Positions 17,554 to 26,668 of a DNA stretch of 33,854 bases are shown one piece after another. How positions within the stretch are numbered: position 1 is the stretch's first letter; each line of letters opens with the position of its first letter. Where the stretch lies: positions 1 to 33,854 of the forward strand of contig LUCC01000002.1 in NCBI GenBank assembly GCA_001593855.1, given 5' to 3'. The DNA comes from Candidatus Hecatellales archaeon B24 (GTDB lineage: Archaea > Thermoproteota > Bathyarchaeia > Hecatellales > Hecatellaceae). Below the pieces are notes generated by a model, which worked only from the letters and a program-made list of their open reading frames with translations, did no database searches and was not told where the DNA came from. The position numbers and the translations under genes were made by a program.

Positions 17554-18396
17554 CTAACCGGCCTTTTCCTCAAAAAGCTTTAAACAGTTTCTGAGAATTT
17601 CAAGCCTTGCAGCCTCCCATGAAAGCTTATCTCTGAGCCGTGCGGAAACCTCTTCATCCACGTGGAAAGGAAAGCCGTAGTCGACTTCTAACAGCATAAG
17701 CGTGGCGGCGGGAGCCGGAGGCGAGCTGAACCTGTTGAAACCCTCAGCTTTAATGCGGCTGTAGAGCACCTCTGGTTTAAGCTCTTCAGCTCCAGCTTTA
17801 AGCAGGACGGTGACTATTCTCCTTACGAGGCCGCGGATGAAGCTTTTCGCCGTGAAAACGAAGTTTATAAAGCCTTCGTGGAGGCTGACCTTCACGCCTT
17901 CGAGAGGGTTGAAGCCGAACTCAAAGGTTTTCTCCGAGGTGAAAAGCTGGGAGGCTTCAACCATGCATTTGAAGGCTTCACCCCGGTAGGGGGAGACATA
18001 AAGGTAGCGGCGCTTCAGGGCTTCCCTTCGAGGGTTGAAGGTTTTAGGAACCTTAGCCCAAGCCCAAGCCCGGATGTCTTCCGGAAGATGTGCGTTAAGC
18101 CTTTTAACCGTGAAGCTTTCAGCAGTGTTAAAGGCTATGGTTTGGCCTAGGGCGCTGACTCCACGGTCAGTTCTGGAGGCAGCCTGAAACTTGGCTTCAG
18201 CCTGCCCGCTTATAAGCTTGGAAGCCTCTAAAGCTTCAATCAGAGTTCCTCCTATGGTTGGCAGCCCTTTCTGAGGCTGGAAGCCGTAGTATCCTCTTCC
18301 ATCATAGTAAATCTTTACGGCGTAGCGTGTAGGAAGTCTGAGGGACTTCAAGAAGCTACCACCTTGAAGGTGTGCGGGCTTAGCGTTCCCTAGCAT
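17554..18396 (-). CDS. truA: tRNA pseudouridine synthase A
   Basis: YAVKIYYDG..YYGFQ.Q, ASRTDRGVSA (catalytic Asp), LPEDI, FNPR..A..RRY.Y, SFIRGLVRRIV, PAPA..L.L. Confidence 0.88.
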   Translation of the reverse strand: MLGNAKPAHLQGGSFLKSLRLPTRYAVKIYYDGRGYYGFQPQKGLPTIGGTLIEALEASKLISGQAEAKFQAASRTDRGVSALGQTIAFNTAESFTVKRLNAHLPEDIRAWAWAKVPKTFNPRREALKRRYLYVSPYRGEAFKCMVEASQLFTSEKTFEFGFNPLEGVKVSLHEGFINFVFTAKSFIRGLVRRIVTVLLKAGAEELKPEVLYSRIKAEGFNRFSSPPAPAATLMLLEVDYGFPFHVDEEVSARLRDKLSWEAARLEILRNCLKLFEEKAG

Positions 18397-18913
18397 GCTT
18401 AACTATGTGTCCGGCCTCCGGGATGATAAGCTCTCTTAAGGCGAGTTCCACCGCGTTAGGGGAGCCTGGGAGGCAGAATACAGCCTTCCCCCTGCTTACT
18501 CCTGCAAGAGCCCTGGTCAGCATGGCTGGGGAGCCTACCTTCTGAAAGCTTAAAAGGCGTAGCAGCTCTCCGAAGCCTGGAAGCCTTTTCTCCAGCAGCC
18601 TTTCCACGGACTCGATGGTTACGTCGCTTTGGGAGACTCCCGTGCCTCCCATGGTGACCACCACATCAAAGTCGTGTGAGGACAGCAAGCCTTTAACAAG
18701 CCCTACTATCTGGGCTGAATCGTCGGGGATTACCTGGCGGTAGGCGACTTTATGGCCTGCTTCCTCCACGAGTTTTGCTGCCAGGCTCCCGCTTGGGTCT
18801 TCAAGAGGTTTCCCAGCCTTAAGCTCTTTCGCCTTGGATGTGCTTACCGTTATAAGGGCGAACCTAAGCTGGCTTGGGGCTTCAGCCTTATGTTTTAAGG
18901 CGGTTTCACTCAA
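18380..18913 (-). CDS. moaB: Molybdopterin adenylyltransferase MoaB/Mog
   Basis: ITVSTS, DPSG, IPDD, TMGGTG....DVT.E, LPGFGE, LTRA.AG, FCLPGSP.AV. Confidence 0.94.
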   Translation of the reverse strand: MSETALKHKAEAPSQLRFALITVSTSKAKELKAGKPLEDPSGSLAAKLVEEAGHKVAYRQVIPDDSAQIVGLVKGLLSSHDFDVVVTMGGTGVSQSDVTIESVERLLEKRLPGFGELLRLLSFQKVGSPAMLTRALAGVSRGKAVFCLPGSPNAVELALRELIIPEAGHIVKHARER

Positions 18914-19389
18914 GACTTTTCCACCCTTCGAGGTTTAGGCTTGGCTTTCTTGATTTTCTTGACCACGCGTATGCTGGAGATTTGGGTGTGGGGGTATTGG
19001 CCTTCCTCATCTTTCTCGTAGGGTTTAGCCATATCCCATATGTTAAGTAGCGCCACGGCTGCGGCTGTTAGGGCTTCCATTTCAACTCCTGTCTGAGCGT
19101 AGGCTTTAACCTCTGCTGAAACCTTGATGGTGAAGTCGTCTGGAAACTGGTAGCTGACCTTCACGCCGGTTACCGGTATAGGATGACATAGGGCTACGAT
19201 TTTCGGGGTTTCCTTAGCCGCCAGCGTTGCCATAACCGTGGCGACGTTTAGGGGGTCCCCCTTCGCTATGAGGCCTTTTCTCACCCGCTTCACGGTTTCA
19301 GGCTTAAGCCTGATAAGACCTTCAGCCACGGCCTCCCTTAGAACAGCAGGCTTGCCTGAGATGTCCACCATAGCCGGTTTACCTGTCAT
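18910..19389 (-). CDS. moaC: Cyclic pyranopterin monophosphate synthase MoaC
   Basis: MVDISGK...REAVAEG, KGDPL, AAKETP....CHP, TGVEMEAL, IWDMAK. ATG at 19389 follows GGAGGT. Confidence 0.95.
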   Translation of the reverse strand: MTGKPAMVDISGKPAVLREAVAEGLIRLKPETVKRVRKGLIAKGDPLNVATVMATLAAKETPKIVALCHPIPVTGVKVSYQFPDDFTIKVSAEVKAYAQTGVEMEALTAAAVALLNIWDMAKPYEKDEEGQYPHTQISSIRVVKKIKKAKPKPRRVEKS

Positions 19390-19451
19390 AAGCCTGCGAC
19401 CTCCAAAAGCGAATATTCCCTGTTCACTTAAATAATAGGCTTCCAAGCTTT

Positions 19452-20402
19452 TTACGTCTGACGTACCCTCCGGGGATAGAAAGGCTCTCTTAAGGCTACC
19501 GCCTTCCGTAAAGCCTCCTCCACAGCTCCCTGAGAAAACGGGTTGTGAAGGAGAGAAGCTACATCTATAAGGTTGTCGTTACGCATGAGGCAGGGCTTAA
19601 GCTTTCCGTCGGCTGTCACGCGAAGCCTCTTGCAGTTGGCGCAGAACTCTGAATTGTGGAAGGGGCGCACAAGCTCAACCTTAACCCTGCCATCCTTCAA
19701 ATAGTAGATTTTCCTGTTGTGGAGAGGCCTAACCTCAACCCTGCAGGCTTCAGCTTCAAGCTTTTCCTCCACAGGGTTAAGGCTTGAATAGTAGCGGCTG
19801 TAGATTTCGCTTCCGGCACCTATCTTTTCCAGCTCGATAAGCTGGAGAACCAGGTCTCTTCCCTCTATAAACTTCATGGCGGACCATATGTCCTGCTCGT
19901 TTAACCCCTTCAAGACAACCATGTTAAGTTTTACAGGTGTTAACCCGGCTTTTTCAGCTTCCGCTATGCCTTCCAGAACCCTGCCTAGCAGAGGACTTCC
20001 GGTTACACTCTCGTAGACTTCTCCTCTGAGGGATGGGAGGTTCACGTTCACCCTGGCAAGGCCTGCCTCCCTAAGCTTCCACGCGGCTTCAGAAAGCAGA
20101 ATTCCGTTGGTGGTAAGCGAAACTTCAACTATACCTTTAACCCTGGAGATTCTCCCCACGATTTCGGCTAGGTCAGACCTTAAGAGGGGTTCTCCACCTG
20201 TAAGCTTAACCTTCCTCATCTCAAGTTCTGCTGCGACTTCAACAAGACTTTGAATTTGGCTTGGGCTCAGCTCCCCGGCGGGAGAACTGCCGTAGCCTTC
20301 CCTATGGCAGTATATACACTGGAGGTTGCAGCGTTCGGTTAAAGATATTCTAAGCTGGGTTACAGGCCTTCCAAACCTGTCTAGGAGAGGCAGAAAACCC
20401 AC
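19452..20402 (-). CDS. moaA: GTP 3',8-cyclase MoaA (radical SAM)
   Basis: DRFGRP...LRISLT.RCNLQCIYCH.EG, LTGGEPL, TTNG, second cluster FCANC.RLRVTADGKLKPCL. Confidence 0.96.
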   Translation of the reverse strand: MGFLPLLDRFGRPVTQLRISLTERCNLQCIYCHREGYGSSPAGELSPSQIQSLVEVAAELEMRKVKLTGGEPLLRSDLAEIVGRISRVKGIVEVSLTTNGILLSEAAWKLREAGLARVNVNLPSLRGEVYESVTGSPLLGRVLEGIAEAEKAGLTPVKLNMVVLKGLNEQDIWSAMKFIEGRDLVLQLIELEKIGAGSEIYSRYYSSLNPVEEKLEAEACRVEVRPLHNRKIYYLKDGRVKVELVRPFHNSEFCANCKRLRVTADGKLKPCLMRNDNLIDVASLLHNPFSQGAVEEALRKAVALREPFYPRRVRQT

Positions 20403-20461
20403 ACTCCGACGAGAGATACCTAAGGCTACATAGCCTAGCCCACAAAAATAATGTTTTCCTT

Positions 20462-21151
20462 TTAGGCTGGCTGAGGAGCCGTTTTAACCTCTGCTGGAAG
20501 CTTCTGTCCAGCCATGGGGGGAGTTTCCTCTTCACCCGGCTTCCAGCCTTGCTCCTCGAACAGTTTTTCCAGCTGCCTCCTCATAAGCCTTAGGTCACGG
20601 CTTAGGTTAAAGTAGTCCGCGAAAATCTTCGTGGTTCTCAGAATACTTGTCTTGCCGAGTTTCTCCCTTTCCACGAGTCCCATTTCTAGGAGGCGTGCTA
20701 TATGCTGGTAGGCTTGAGGGCCTCTGACGCCTACAACCTTCGCCTGCGGGACAGGCTGCCTGTAGGCTATGTAGGATAAAGTTTTCAGAGGACCCTCCGT
20801 CAGCAGCGGCTTCAAGGTCAGCCTTTTAATCTTCTTGACGTATCGGGACTTAAGCTGCATGACGAATCTTCCGTCTTCCAGCTCAACGATTTCGAGGGCT
20901 CCACCTTTAACCCTGTAGCTTTCAGCCAGGCCTCTCGCTATCTCCGAGACCAGACGCTTCGAGGTTATGCCTGTTATGGAGCAGAGGGTTTTAGGTTCAA
21001 GCGGGTATCCTGAAGCGTAAAGGGCAGCCTCGATAAGCCTTCTGGCCTCCCTCTCATTTACAACCTTCTTAGGCTTCTCAGCCTTTGCAGGGGCTCCAGT
21101 TTTTTCAGGCTGTCCGGCTGCCGGGTTTTCAGGTTTCAAGCCTGCTTTCAC
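20462..21151 (-). CDS. scpB: Segregation and condensation protein B (KITE)
   Basis: IEAALYASG.PL, LKTLSYIAYRQPV....V..VRG, L.EMGLV, TT..F.DYF.L. Confidence 0.94.
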   Translation of the reverse strand: MKAGLKPENPAAGQPEKTGAPAKAEKPKKVVNEREARRLIEAALYASGYPLEPKTLCSITGITSKRLVSEIARGLAESYRVKGGALEIVELEDGRFVMQLKSRYVKKIKRLTLKPLLTEGPLKTLSYIAYRQPVPQAKVVGVRGPQAYQHIARLLEMGLVEREKLGKTSILRTTKIFADYFNLSRDLRLMRRQLEKLFEEQGWKPGEEETPPMAGQKLPAEVKTAPQPA

Positions 21152-21821
21152 CCTCCACGGCTTTAGACTTCAAAACTATTTTGATGTCTGAGAACTCTTC
21201 TGCCTGGTAGAGTTCTACAAGCCCCTTGGAAGCCATGAAGATTAGCATGAGAAATATTTTAACAATCTCCTTCCATGGTAGGCCTCCAGCAAGCTTTGAG
21301 AAGAGAACCTCGCCTTCCGGGATGCTTGCCTTAAGCTTATCGTAGAAGGTTTCCAGCTGCTGCTCCCATTGGAGAACCATTTTATCGTATTCGGTGAAGA
21401 GGTCTCCGGGCGGAGGCTCCAGCCGTTTAACCTTTACCAGGGCTCCAGCCTTCTCAGCCTTCAAGACCTCATCTAAAACGGCAAGTATGTCTTCAAGCCC
21501 TGTTACGGTCAGCTCAAAGCGGAAGGGAAGCTGGAGGGGTGGAGGAACATAGTCGAAGATGCGTTCAAAGCCTTTCTTCTCCTCTTCGATTTCAGCCTCG
21601 AAAATCCTTTCGGACTGAAGCCTTAGAACTATGCTGGAGGACAGGAGGGCTGTGCCTGAAGCGTTGAAGTCTACGTAGCCCATCTGCTTCATTTCCTTGA
21701 GGAAGCTTGAAAGCAGCGTTGCTATGTTTAAGTCCCATGGTCTCACCTTGCTGAGCCTCGCCAGGTCGAAGAGAACCTGCCAAGGAGGCTTAAGCCAGAA
21801 AGGCTTTTTTTCGCTGCTCAT
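21129..21821 (-). CDS. scpA: Segregation and condensation protein A (kleisin)
   Basis: PWDLNI, DF..SG.ALL.SS...RL.S, C-terminal FL.L.FMA..G.VELYQ.EEF.DI; lies between smc and scpB. Confidence 0.9.
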   Translation of the reverse strand: MSSEKKPFWLKPPWQVLFDLARLSKVRPWDLNIATLLSSFLKEMKQMGYVDFNASGTALLSSSIVLRLQSERIFEAEIEEEKKGFERIFDYVPPPLQLPFRFELTVTGLEDILAVLDEVLKAEKAGALVKVKRLEPPPGDLFTEYDKMVLQWEQQLETFYDKLKASIPEGEVLFSKLAGGLPWKEIVKIFLMLIFMASKGLVELYQAEEFSDIKIVLKSKAVEGESRLET

Positions 21822-21840
21822 CTGCTTCCTTTAACCTCCT

Positions 21841-24800
21841 CTAACTTACCTTGCTTACCTCCGCAACCTTGGCTGGAAGGGTGTGCACGTAGGACACCCC
21901 GTTCCTGGCGTAAACTCCGAAGAGCCTGTCCGCTCGGGAGGCCATGGGCTCCTTGAAGCTGATAACTATCATCTGAGCCCTCTTAGACTCTCTTGCCAGC
22001 AGCTCAGCCAGCCTTCCAGTGTTCACAGGATCTAAATGAGCGTCCACTTCGTCGAAAATATAGAAGGGGGAAGTTCTGGTGAGGCTTTGCAGGGCGAAAA
22101 TGTAGCATACGGATACCACGGATTTTTCTCCTCCGCTTAGGGCGGTAACAGGCATTGGAGGTTTCCCTGGGAACTCGACTATGAGGTCTAGGCCTCCGCT
22201 GAAAGGGTCTTCAGGGTTTTGAAGCTGAACCCAGCCTCTTCCACCCGTTATAGCGTTAAAGGTTTCAGCAAACCTTTGGTTAAGCTTTTCTAGGGCTGCG
22301 TAGAAGGCTTCCTTCTTCTCTTTTTCCACAGCCTCTATGAAGCGTAGGATCTCGCTTTTCTCCTCTTCAAGCTTGTTTATTTTCGCTGAAAGCCCCTTAT
22401 AGTCTCTTTTCTGAGGCTCGTAAAGGGCTGGAGCGTTCATGTTAAGCTGACTGTAAAGCCTTTCCCTTTCCTCTTCAAGCCTTCCCATCAGCATGTCTGA
22501 AAGCTTAACCTCAACCGTGGAAAGCTTTAAAGGCCTCTCGAAGCCGAGTTCTTTAAGCTCCTTAAGACACTCCTCATATTCTATTTGAAGGCGGAGCCTA
22601 CGCTCCTTTAACTCGTTAAGCTTCCCCTCCATCTTCCTTATTTCTTCTATAAGCCTCCCGTAGTCTTCATCTATCTTTTTCAGGGTGTCACCGAAACGTT
22701 TGTACTCCTCTCTTCTAGAGGCCATAAGCTCTGTAAGCTTGTCCCTTTCAGCTATAAGCTCCTTGATGGAGGAGTCTATGCCTGATATTTCAGCTAGGGT
22801 GTCCTCTTCAAGTTTAAGCTGGCGTTTAAGCTCTCTTTCAAGGCCTGTTAGCTCCTTTCTAACCGTGACAAGGTTCGGGGTGTAAACGGTTTCGAAGGTG
22901 TCCTGCAGAGACCTAAGCCTGTTGTCAACCTCGTTAAGCCTCTTGGAGAACTCTACGACTTCGGCTTCCAGCTGGGCTTTTTCGCTTTCAAGCCCTGTTA
23001 CGTATTCAGGTCTAACCTTCGCCCTAAGCCTTTCAGCCTCGCTTCTAAGCTTTGAAAGCTCGGCTTCTAGGGCTGCCTTTCCACCTTCAACCTCGTTTAT
23101 GAGGGACCTTGACTTTTCAAGCCTCCTGTTCAGAGACTCAATCTTCCTGTTAGCCTCCGATATGAGCCTCCTATTCCTCGAAAGATTATTCTTCATGGTT
23201 TCCTCTTCAGCGTCAAAGAATTTGAGGCTGTCCTCATGTCGAACCCTTTCGGATTCAAGTCTGACCAGCTCCTTTCTAAGCCTCTCCAAGTCGGCTCTAC
23301 GCCTTTCAAGAAGCTTCTCGAAGGTTACAACGGTTTCACCTACGGCGTCTATGGTTTTATCGCTGGGAACCACCTCTGAAAGGTCTATGGGCTCCCTATA
23401 GAAGCCCACCGTAAGCCTGGGTCCAGGCTCGAAAACCTCGCCTTCAACCGTTACAGCCCTGAAACCGGCTTTAGAAGCCTTCAAAGCAGCTTCAGCCGTG
23501 GAAGCAAGGAAAGTGTCGCCTAAAATGAAGTTTAAGGCTGGCTTAAACTTTGAGGAGGCATCCACGAGGGAGGCCAGCGAGCCTACTAGTCCTTCAATTT
23601 TAGGTTTGGACACCGGCTTTATGTTTCTGGCTTCTGAAAGCGGGATAATCTTGATTCTCCCAATCTTGGTCCGCTTAAGACTTTCAGCACACTTCTTAAC
23701 GATGTCTAGGTTTTCAACCACTAGCGCCTGAAGCCATCCTTCCGCTGCAGCCTCAACCGCCTGCCTGTACCTGGGAGGAATCCTGATACGCTTTCTAAGC
23801 CTTCCGTGGACGCCTCTGAGAGCTCCCATAGAGGCTAGGCTTTCAATCAGGCTTAAAGCCTTCTCCTCGGAGAGAACTCTTTCGGCTAGGTCTTTCTTGG
23901 ACTTGAAGGCTGTGACGTTCAGCTTAGCCTTCTTAACCACGCCTTCAGCCTTTCTAATCTCGTCTTCAGCCCGTGCCATCTGCTCTTTAACCCGTTCTAT
24001 CGCGTTAACTGTTTCTTCAAGGCTTTTCTCTTCTTTGCGTCTGAACTCTCTAAGCTTCTCAAGCCTTTGGGCTAGGTTGCTGAAGATTTCCTCCAGCGAC
24101 CTTCTTTTGTCTTCTATGGAGGCTATCTGGCTGATTATGCTGTTCTCCCTCTCTTTTTCACCCCTGATTTTCAGGTAGAGCTTTCCCCTTTCCGACTCAA
24201 GCCCTTTAATTTTCTTCTCCAGCTCCCTTAGGGCTGAAGCGTTAGTATCGAGGTTAAGCCTGATATCGGAAATCTTCTCCTTGATACGCTCTATTTTCTT
24301 CTGTCTCTCGGAAAGGTAGGCCTCCAACTCCTCTTTTTCTCTAACCAGCCTTCTAAGCTCCTTCTTTGCTTCCGAAGCCTGGGTTTTAAGTCTTTCCAGC
24401 TGCGCCCGCTTTTCATCCCTTCTAGCTTCAAGGTTTCTGGTGGCAGACCGGATGGAGGACAGCGTTGACTTGCGGACGGCTAGCACGGCGTTCAGGTTTC
24501 CAAGCTGAGCTTGAAGGTGAACAAGCCTGTCTCCACCCTTATCTACGACTTCCCTTGCATACTCACCGTATTCATCTTGAACCCTTCGTCTTTCAGCTTC
24601 AAGCTGGCTTCTTCTCCCTTCCAGCTCGCCTATCTGGGAGGTTAGGTTTTCTACGGCTGACTGAACTTCTTCAAGGTTCTCGAAAAGCGATTTGGCTTTA
24701 ACGGAGAGCCTTACAGCCTTGAACCTGTTGATGAGGTCTGAAAGGTAGTTGTAGCTGAGAACTATGTTTCTCCCGGTTTCCAGCTCTGTAACCCTCAACT

Positions 24801-25395
24801 TTACTTCCTCGTATTTTCCGCGGGCAACCTTAATGTTAACTTCAGCCTCTCTAAGCTCTACTTCAGCTTCTTTACGCTTCCGGTCGTATTCCGCTATTCC
24901 TATGATTTGCTCTACAGCCTTCCTTCTCTCCTCCGGGGGGCTTTCAGCAATCCGGATGGTGGTTCCCTGGAAGACTATGTTCATTCCTCCGGTAAGCGAA
25001 GCCATGGAAAGCATGTCCACTAGGACGTTCCACGAATACTTCATGCCGTTAACTTTGAGGGTGCTGGAGCCGTCAGGAGATACGCTTCTGGTTATGACCA
25101 CATCGTCAGAGTCTATGGGGATCTTCCTGTCAACATTGTCTATGTGGATGGTTACCGTAGCCCTTCTCGCCTTCTGGTAGTCGCTGTTTCCGCTGAAAAG
25201 CAGGTCTGGAAAGCTTTTCACCCTCAGCGACCTTGTGCTTCTTTCGCCTAGAACAAACTGTACGGCGTCTACGATGTTGCTTTTACCTGAACCGTTAGGG
25301 CCGACGATAACGTTCAGCCCCTTATCGAAGGTTAACACTGTCTTACGTGCGAAGGTTTTGAAGCCTGAAAGCTCCAGCCTTTTGATGAGAACCAT
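21841..25395 (-). CDS. smc: Chromosome partition protein Smc (canonical, with hinge)
   Basis: GFKTF, GPNGSGKSNIVDA, FQG Q-loop, long coiled coils, central hinge (GVHGRL...GRIKIIPL...RAVTVEG), LSGGEKS, FDEVDAHLD. ATG at 25395 gives 1184 aa. Confidence 0.96.
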   Translation of the reverse strand: MVLIKRLELSGFKTFARKTVLTFDKGLNVIVGPNGSGKSNIVDAVQFVLGERSTRSLRVKSFPDLLFSGNSDYQKARRATVTIHIDNVDRKIPIDSDDVVITRSVSPDGSSTLKVNGMKYSWNVLVDMLSMASLTGGMNIVFQGTTIRIAESPPEERRKAVEQIIGIAEYDRKRKEAEVELREAEVNIKVARGKYEEVKLRVTELETGRNIVLSYNYLSDLINRFKAVRLSVKAKSLFENLEEVQSAVENLTSQIGELEGRRSQLEAERRRVQDEYGEYAREVVDKGGDRLVHLQAQLGNLNAVLAVRKSTLSSIRSATRNLEARRDEKRAQLERLKTQASEAKKELRRLVREKEELEAYLSERQKKIERIKEKISDIRLNLDTNASALRELEKKIKGLESERGKLYLKIRGEKERENSIISQIASIEDKRRSLEEIFSNLAQRLEKLREFRRKEEKSLEETVNAIERVKEQMARAEDEIRKAEGVVKKAKLNVTAFKSKKDLAERVLSEEKALSLIESLASMGALRGVHGRLRKRIRIPPRYRQAVEAAAEGWLQALVVENLDIVKKCAESLKRTKIGRIKIIPLSEARNIKPVSKPKIEGLVGSLASLVDASSKFKPALNFILGDTFLASTAEAALKASKAGFRAVTVEGEVFEPGPRLTVGFYREPIDLSEVVPSDKTIDAVGETVVTFEKLLERRRADLERLRKELVRLESERVRHEDSLKFFDAEEETMKNNLSRNRRLISEANRKIESLNRRLEKSRSLINEVEGGKAALEAELSKLRSEAERLRAKVRPEYVTGLESEKAQLEAEVVEFSKRLNEVDNRLRSLQDTFETVYTPNLVTVRKELTGLERELKRQLKLEEDTLAEISGIDSSIKELIAERDKLTELMASRREEYKRFGDTLKKIDEDYGRLIEEIRKMEGKLNELKERRLRLQIEYEECLKELKELGFERPLKLSTVEVKLSDMLMGRLEEERERLYSQLNMNAPALYEPQKRDYKGLSAKINKLEEEKSEILRFIEAVEKEKKEAFYAALEKLNQRFAETFNAITGGRGWVQLQNPEDPFSGGLDLIVEFPGKPPMPVTALSGGEKSVVSVCYIFALQSLTRTSPFYIFDEVDAHLDPVNTGRLAELLARESKRAQMIVISFKEPMASRADRLFGVYARNGVSYVHTLPAKVAEVSKVS

Positions 25396-25537
25396 GACAA
25401 AAGATAATAGCTTAATTGTTAAATTAAAGGTTAATATCCTAATTCTTGGTAAGTATACATCAATCAAACATTATATTTATGCATGAAATTCGAAAGATAG
25501 AAGGCTTATCCTGAAGCTAACTTGGAGGAAAAAGCCC

Positions 25538-26629
25538 TTGGAAAGCCGCTTCCTAGCCGAAAGACTTAGAAAACTTAAAGAAGAGCTTAAAAACCTCAAA
25601 CTTGAAGCATACCTCTGCCTGCACCCAGCAAACATACAATATTTCACCGGAAGCCCTCAAGCCGGCGAATTAGCCCTGGGACTGCTGGTAACCTTGGACA
25701 ATCCGCCCACCCTCTTCATACCTGAAATGGGAGCCTACCAAGCTCAACTACAAGCCAAAATAAAACTGGAAACGGAAGTTTTCAAGGTTGGAGATGAAGC
25801 ATTGAAAAAACTTAGAAACACTCTCAAAGGCTTCAAAGTTTTAGGCTTCGACGACGCTTCCCAGGCTAGGATTTCAAAGCTTAAGGTTAAAGGTTTAAGC
25901 CTTAAGCCTCATCCTGAAATCCCTGAGAAGCTTAGGGTGGTTAAGGATGAAAGCGAGCTGGAGGCGTTAAGGAAGGCTGCCAGAATTCTTAGAAAAGGCT
26001 TCGACGCTGTTTTCCAGGTTTTAAAGCCTGGCGTGCGTGAGCGTGAGGTTGCAGCAGCTGCTGAGTACGCTTTGAGGGTTGGAGGCTCAGACTTCTACGC
26101 CTTTCCCACCCTGGTGGCTTCCGGTTCTAGGTCTGCTCACCCTCACGGGTCTCCTACGGCGAGGAGGATTAGGGAGGGTGATGTGGTGGTTGTGGATTTG
26201 GGAGCGAAGTTTTCAGGCTACTGTGTTGACGCTACGAGAACCTTCATGGTTGGAAGGGTTAAACCGGCTGTTTCAAAAGCTTACAGGGCTGTTTTGGAAG
26301 CCTACAGGGCTGCGGTTGGAGGGGTTAAGCCTGGAATGAGAGGGTTTGAAGCCGACATGCTTGCTAGGAAGACTATTCAGACATGGGGGTTCGGCGAGTT
26401 TTTCACCCACGGTTTGGGGCATGGAGTTGGATTGGAGGTGCATGAGGCCCCACGGCTTTCCCCAGGCAGCCGAGACCTTTTGAGGGCGGGTTCAACCTTC
26501 ACCCTTGAGCCTGGAATCTATTTGCCGGGCAGGTTTGGAGTTAGAGTTGAGAACACCGTGCTGCTGACTGAAAACGGGATTAAAGTTTTAACAGGCTGGT
26601 CTGGGAAAGAATTTATTAGCTTCAACTGA
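25538..26629 (+). CDS. Xaa-Pro aminopeptidase/dipeptidase (M24B)
   Basis: Creatinase-like N-domain, DLGA...GYCVDATRT, HGLGHGVGLEVHE.P, TLEPGIY, GVRVEN. Confidence 0.93.
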   Translation: MESRFLAERLRKLKEELKNLKLEAYLCLHPANIQYFTGSPQAGELALGLLVTLDNPPTLFIPEMGAYQAQLQAKIKLETEVFKVGDEALKKLRNTLKGFKVLGFDDASQARISKLKVKGLSLKPHPEIPEKLRVVKDESELEALRKAARILRKGFDAVFQVLKPGVREREVAAAAEYALRVGGSDFYAFPTLVASGSRSAHPHGSPTARRIREGDVVVVDLGAKFSGYCVDATRTFMVGRVKPAVSKAYRAVLEAYRAAVGGVKPGMRGFEADMLARKTIQTWGFGEFFTHGLGHGVGLEVHEAPRLSPGSRDLLRAGSTFTLEPGIYLPGRFGVRVENTVLLTENGIKVLTGWSGKEFISFN

Positions 26630-26668
26630 TATTTTCCATAACTCTCAGTATTGGCGGGAGAAAAGGCG

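Noticed and set aside
25396-25467. 24-aa N-terminal extension of Smc (likewise the extensions of MoaC, aIF2-gamma, Cdc48 and Pth2)
   Set aside because: These run through AT-rich promoter-like DNA; homology begins at the downstream start codons.
22685-25486. Several Ser/Leu/Phe-rich plus-strand ORFs (up to 167 aa)
   Set aside because: Antisense shadows of the Glu/Lys/Arg-rich smc coiled coil. The same applies to ORFs opposite eif2g, cdc48, HCS, trkA and lig.
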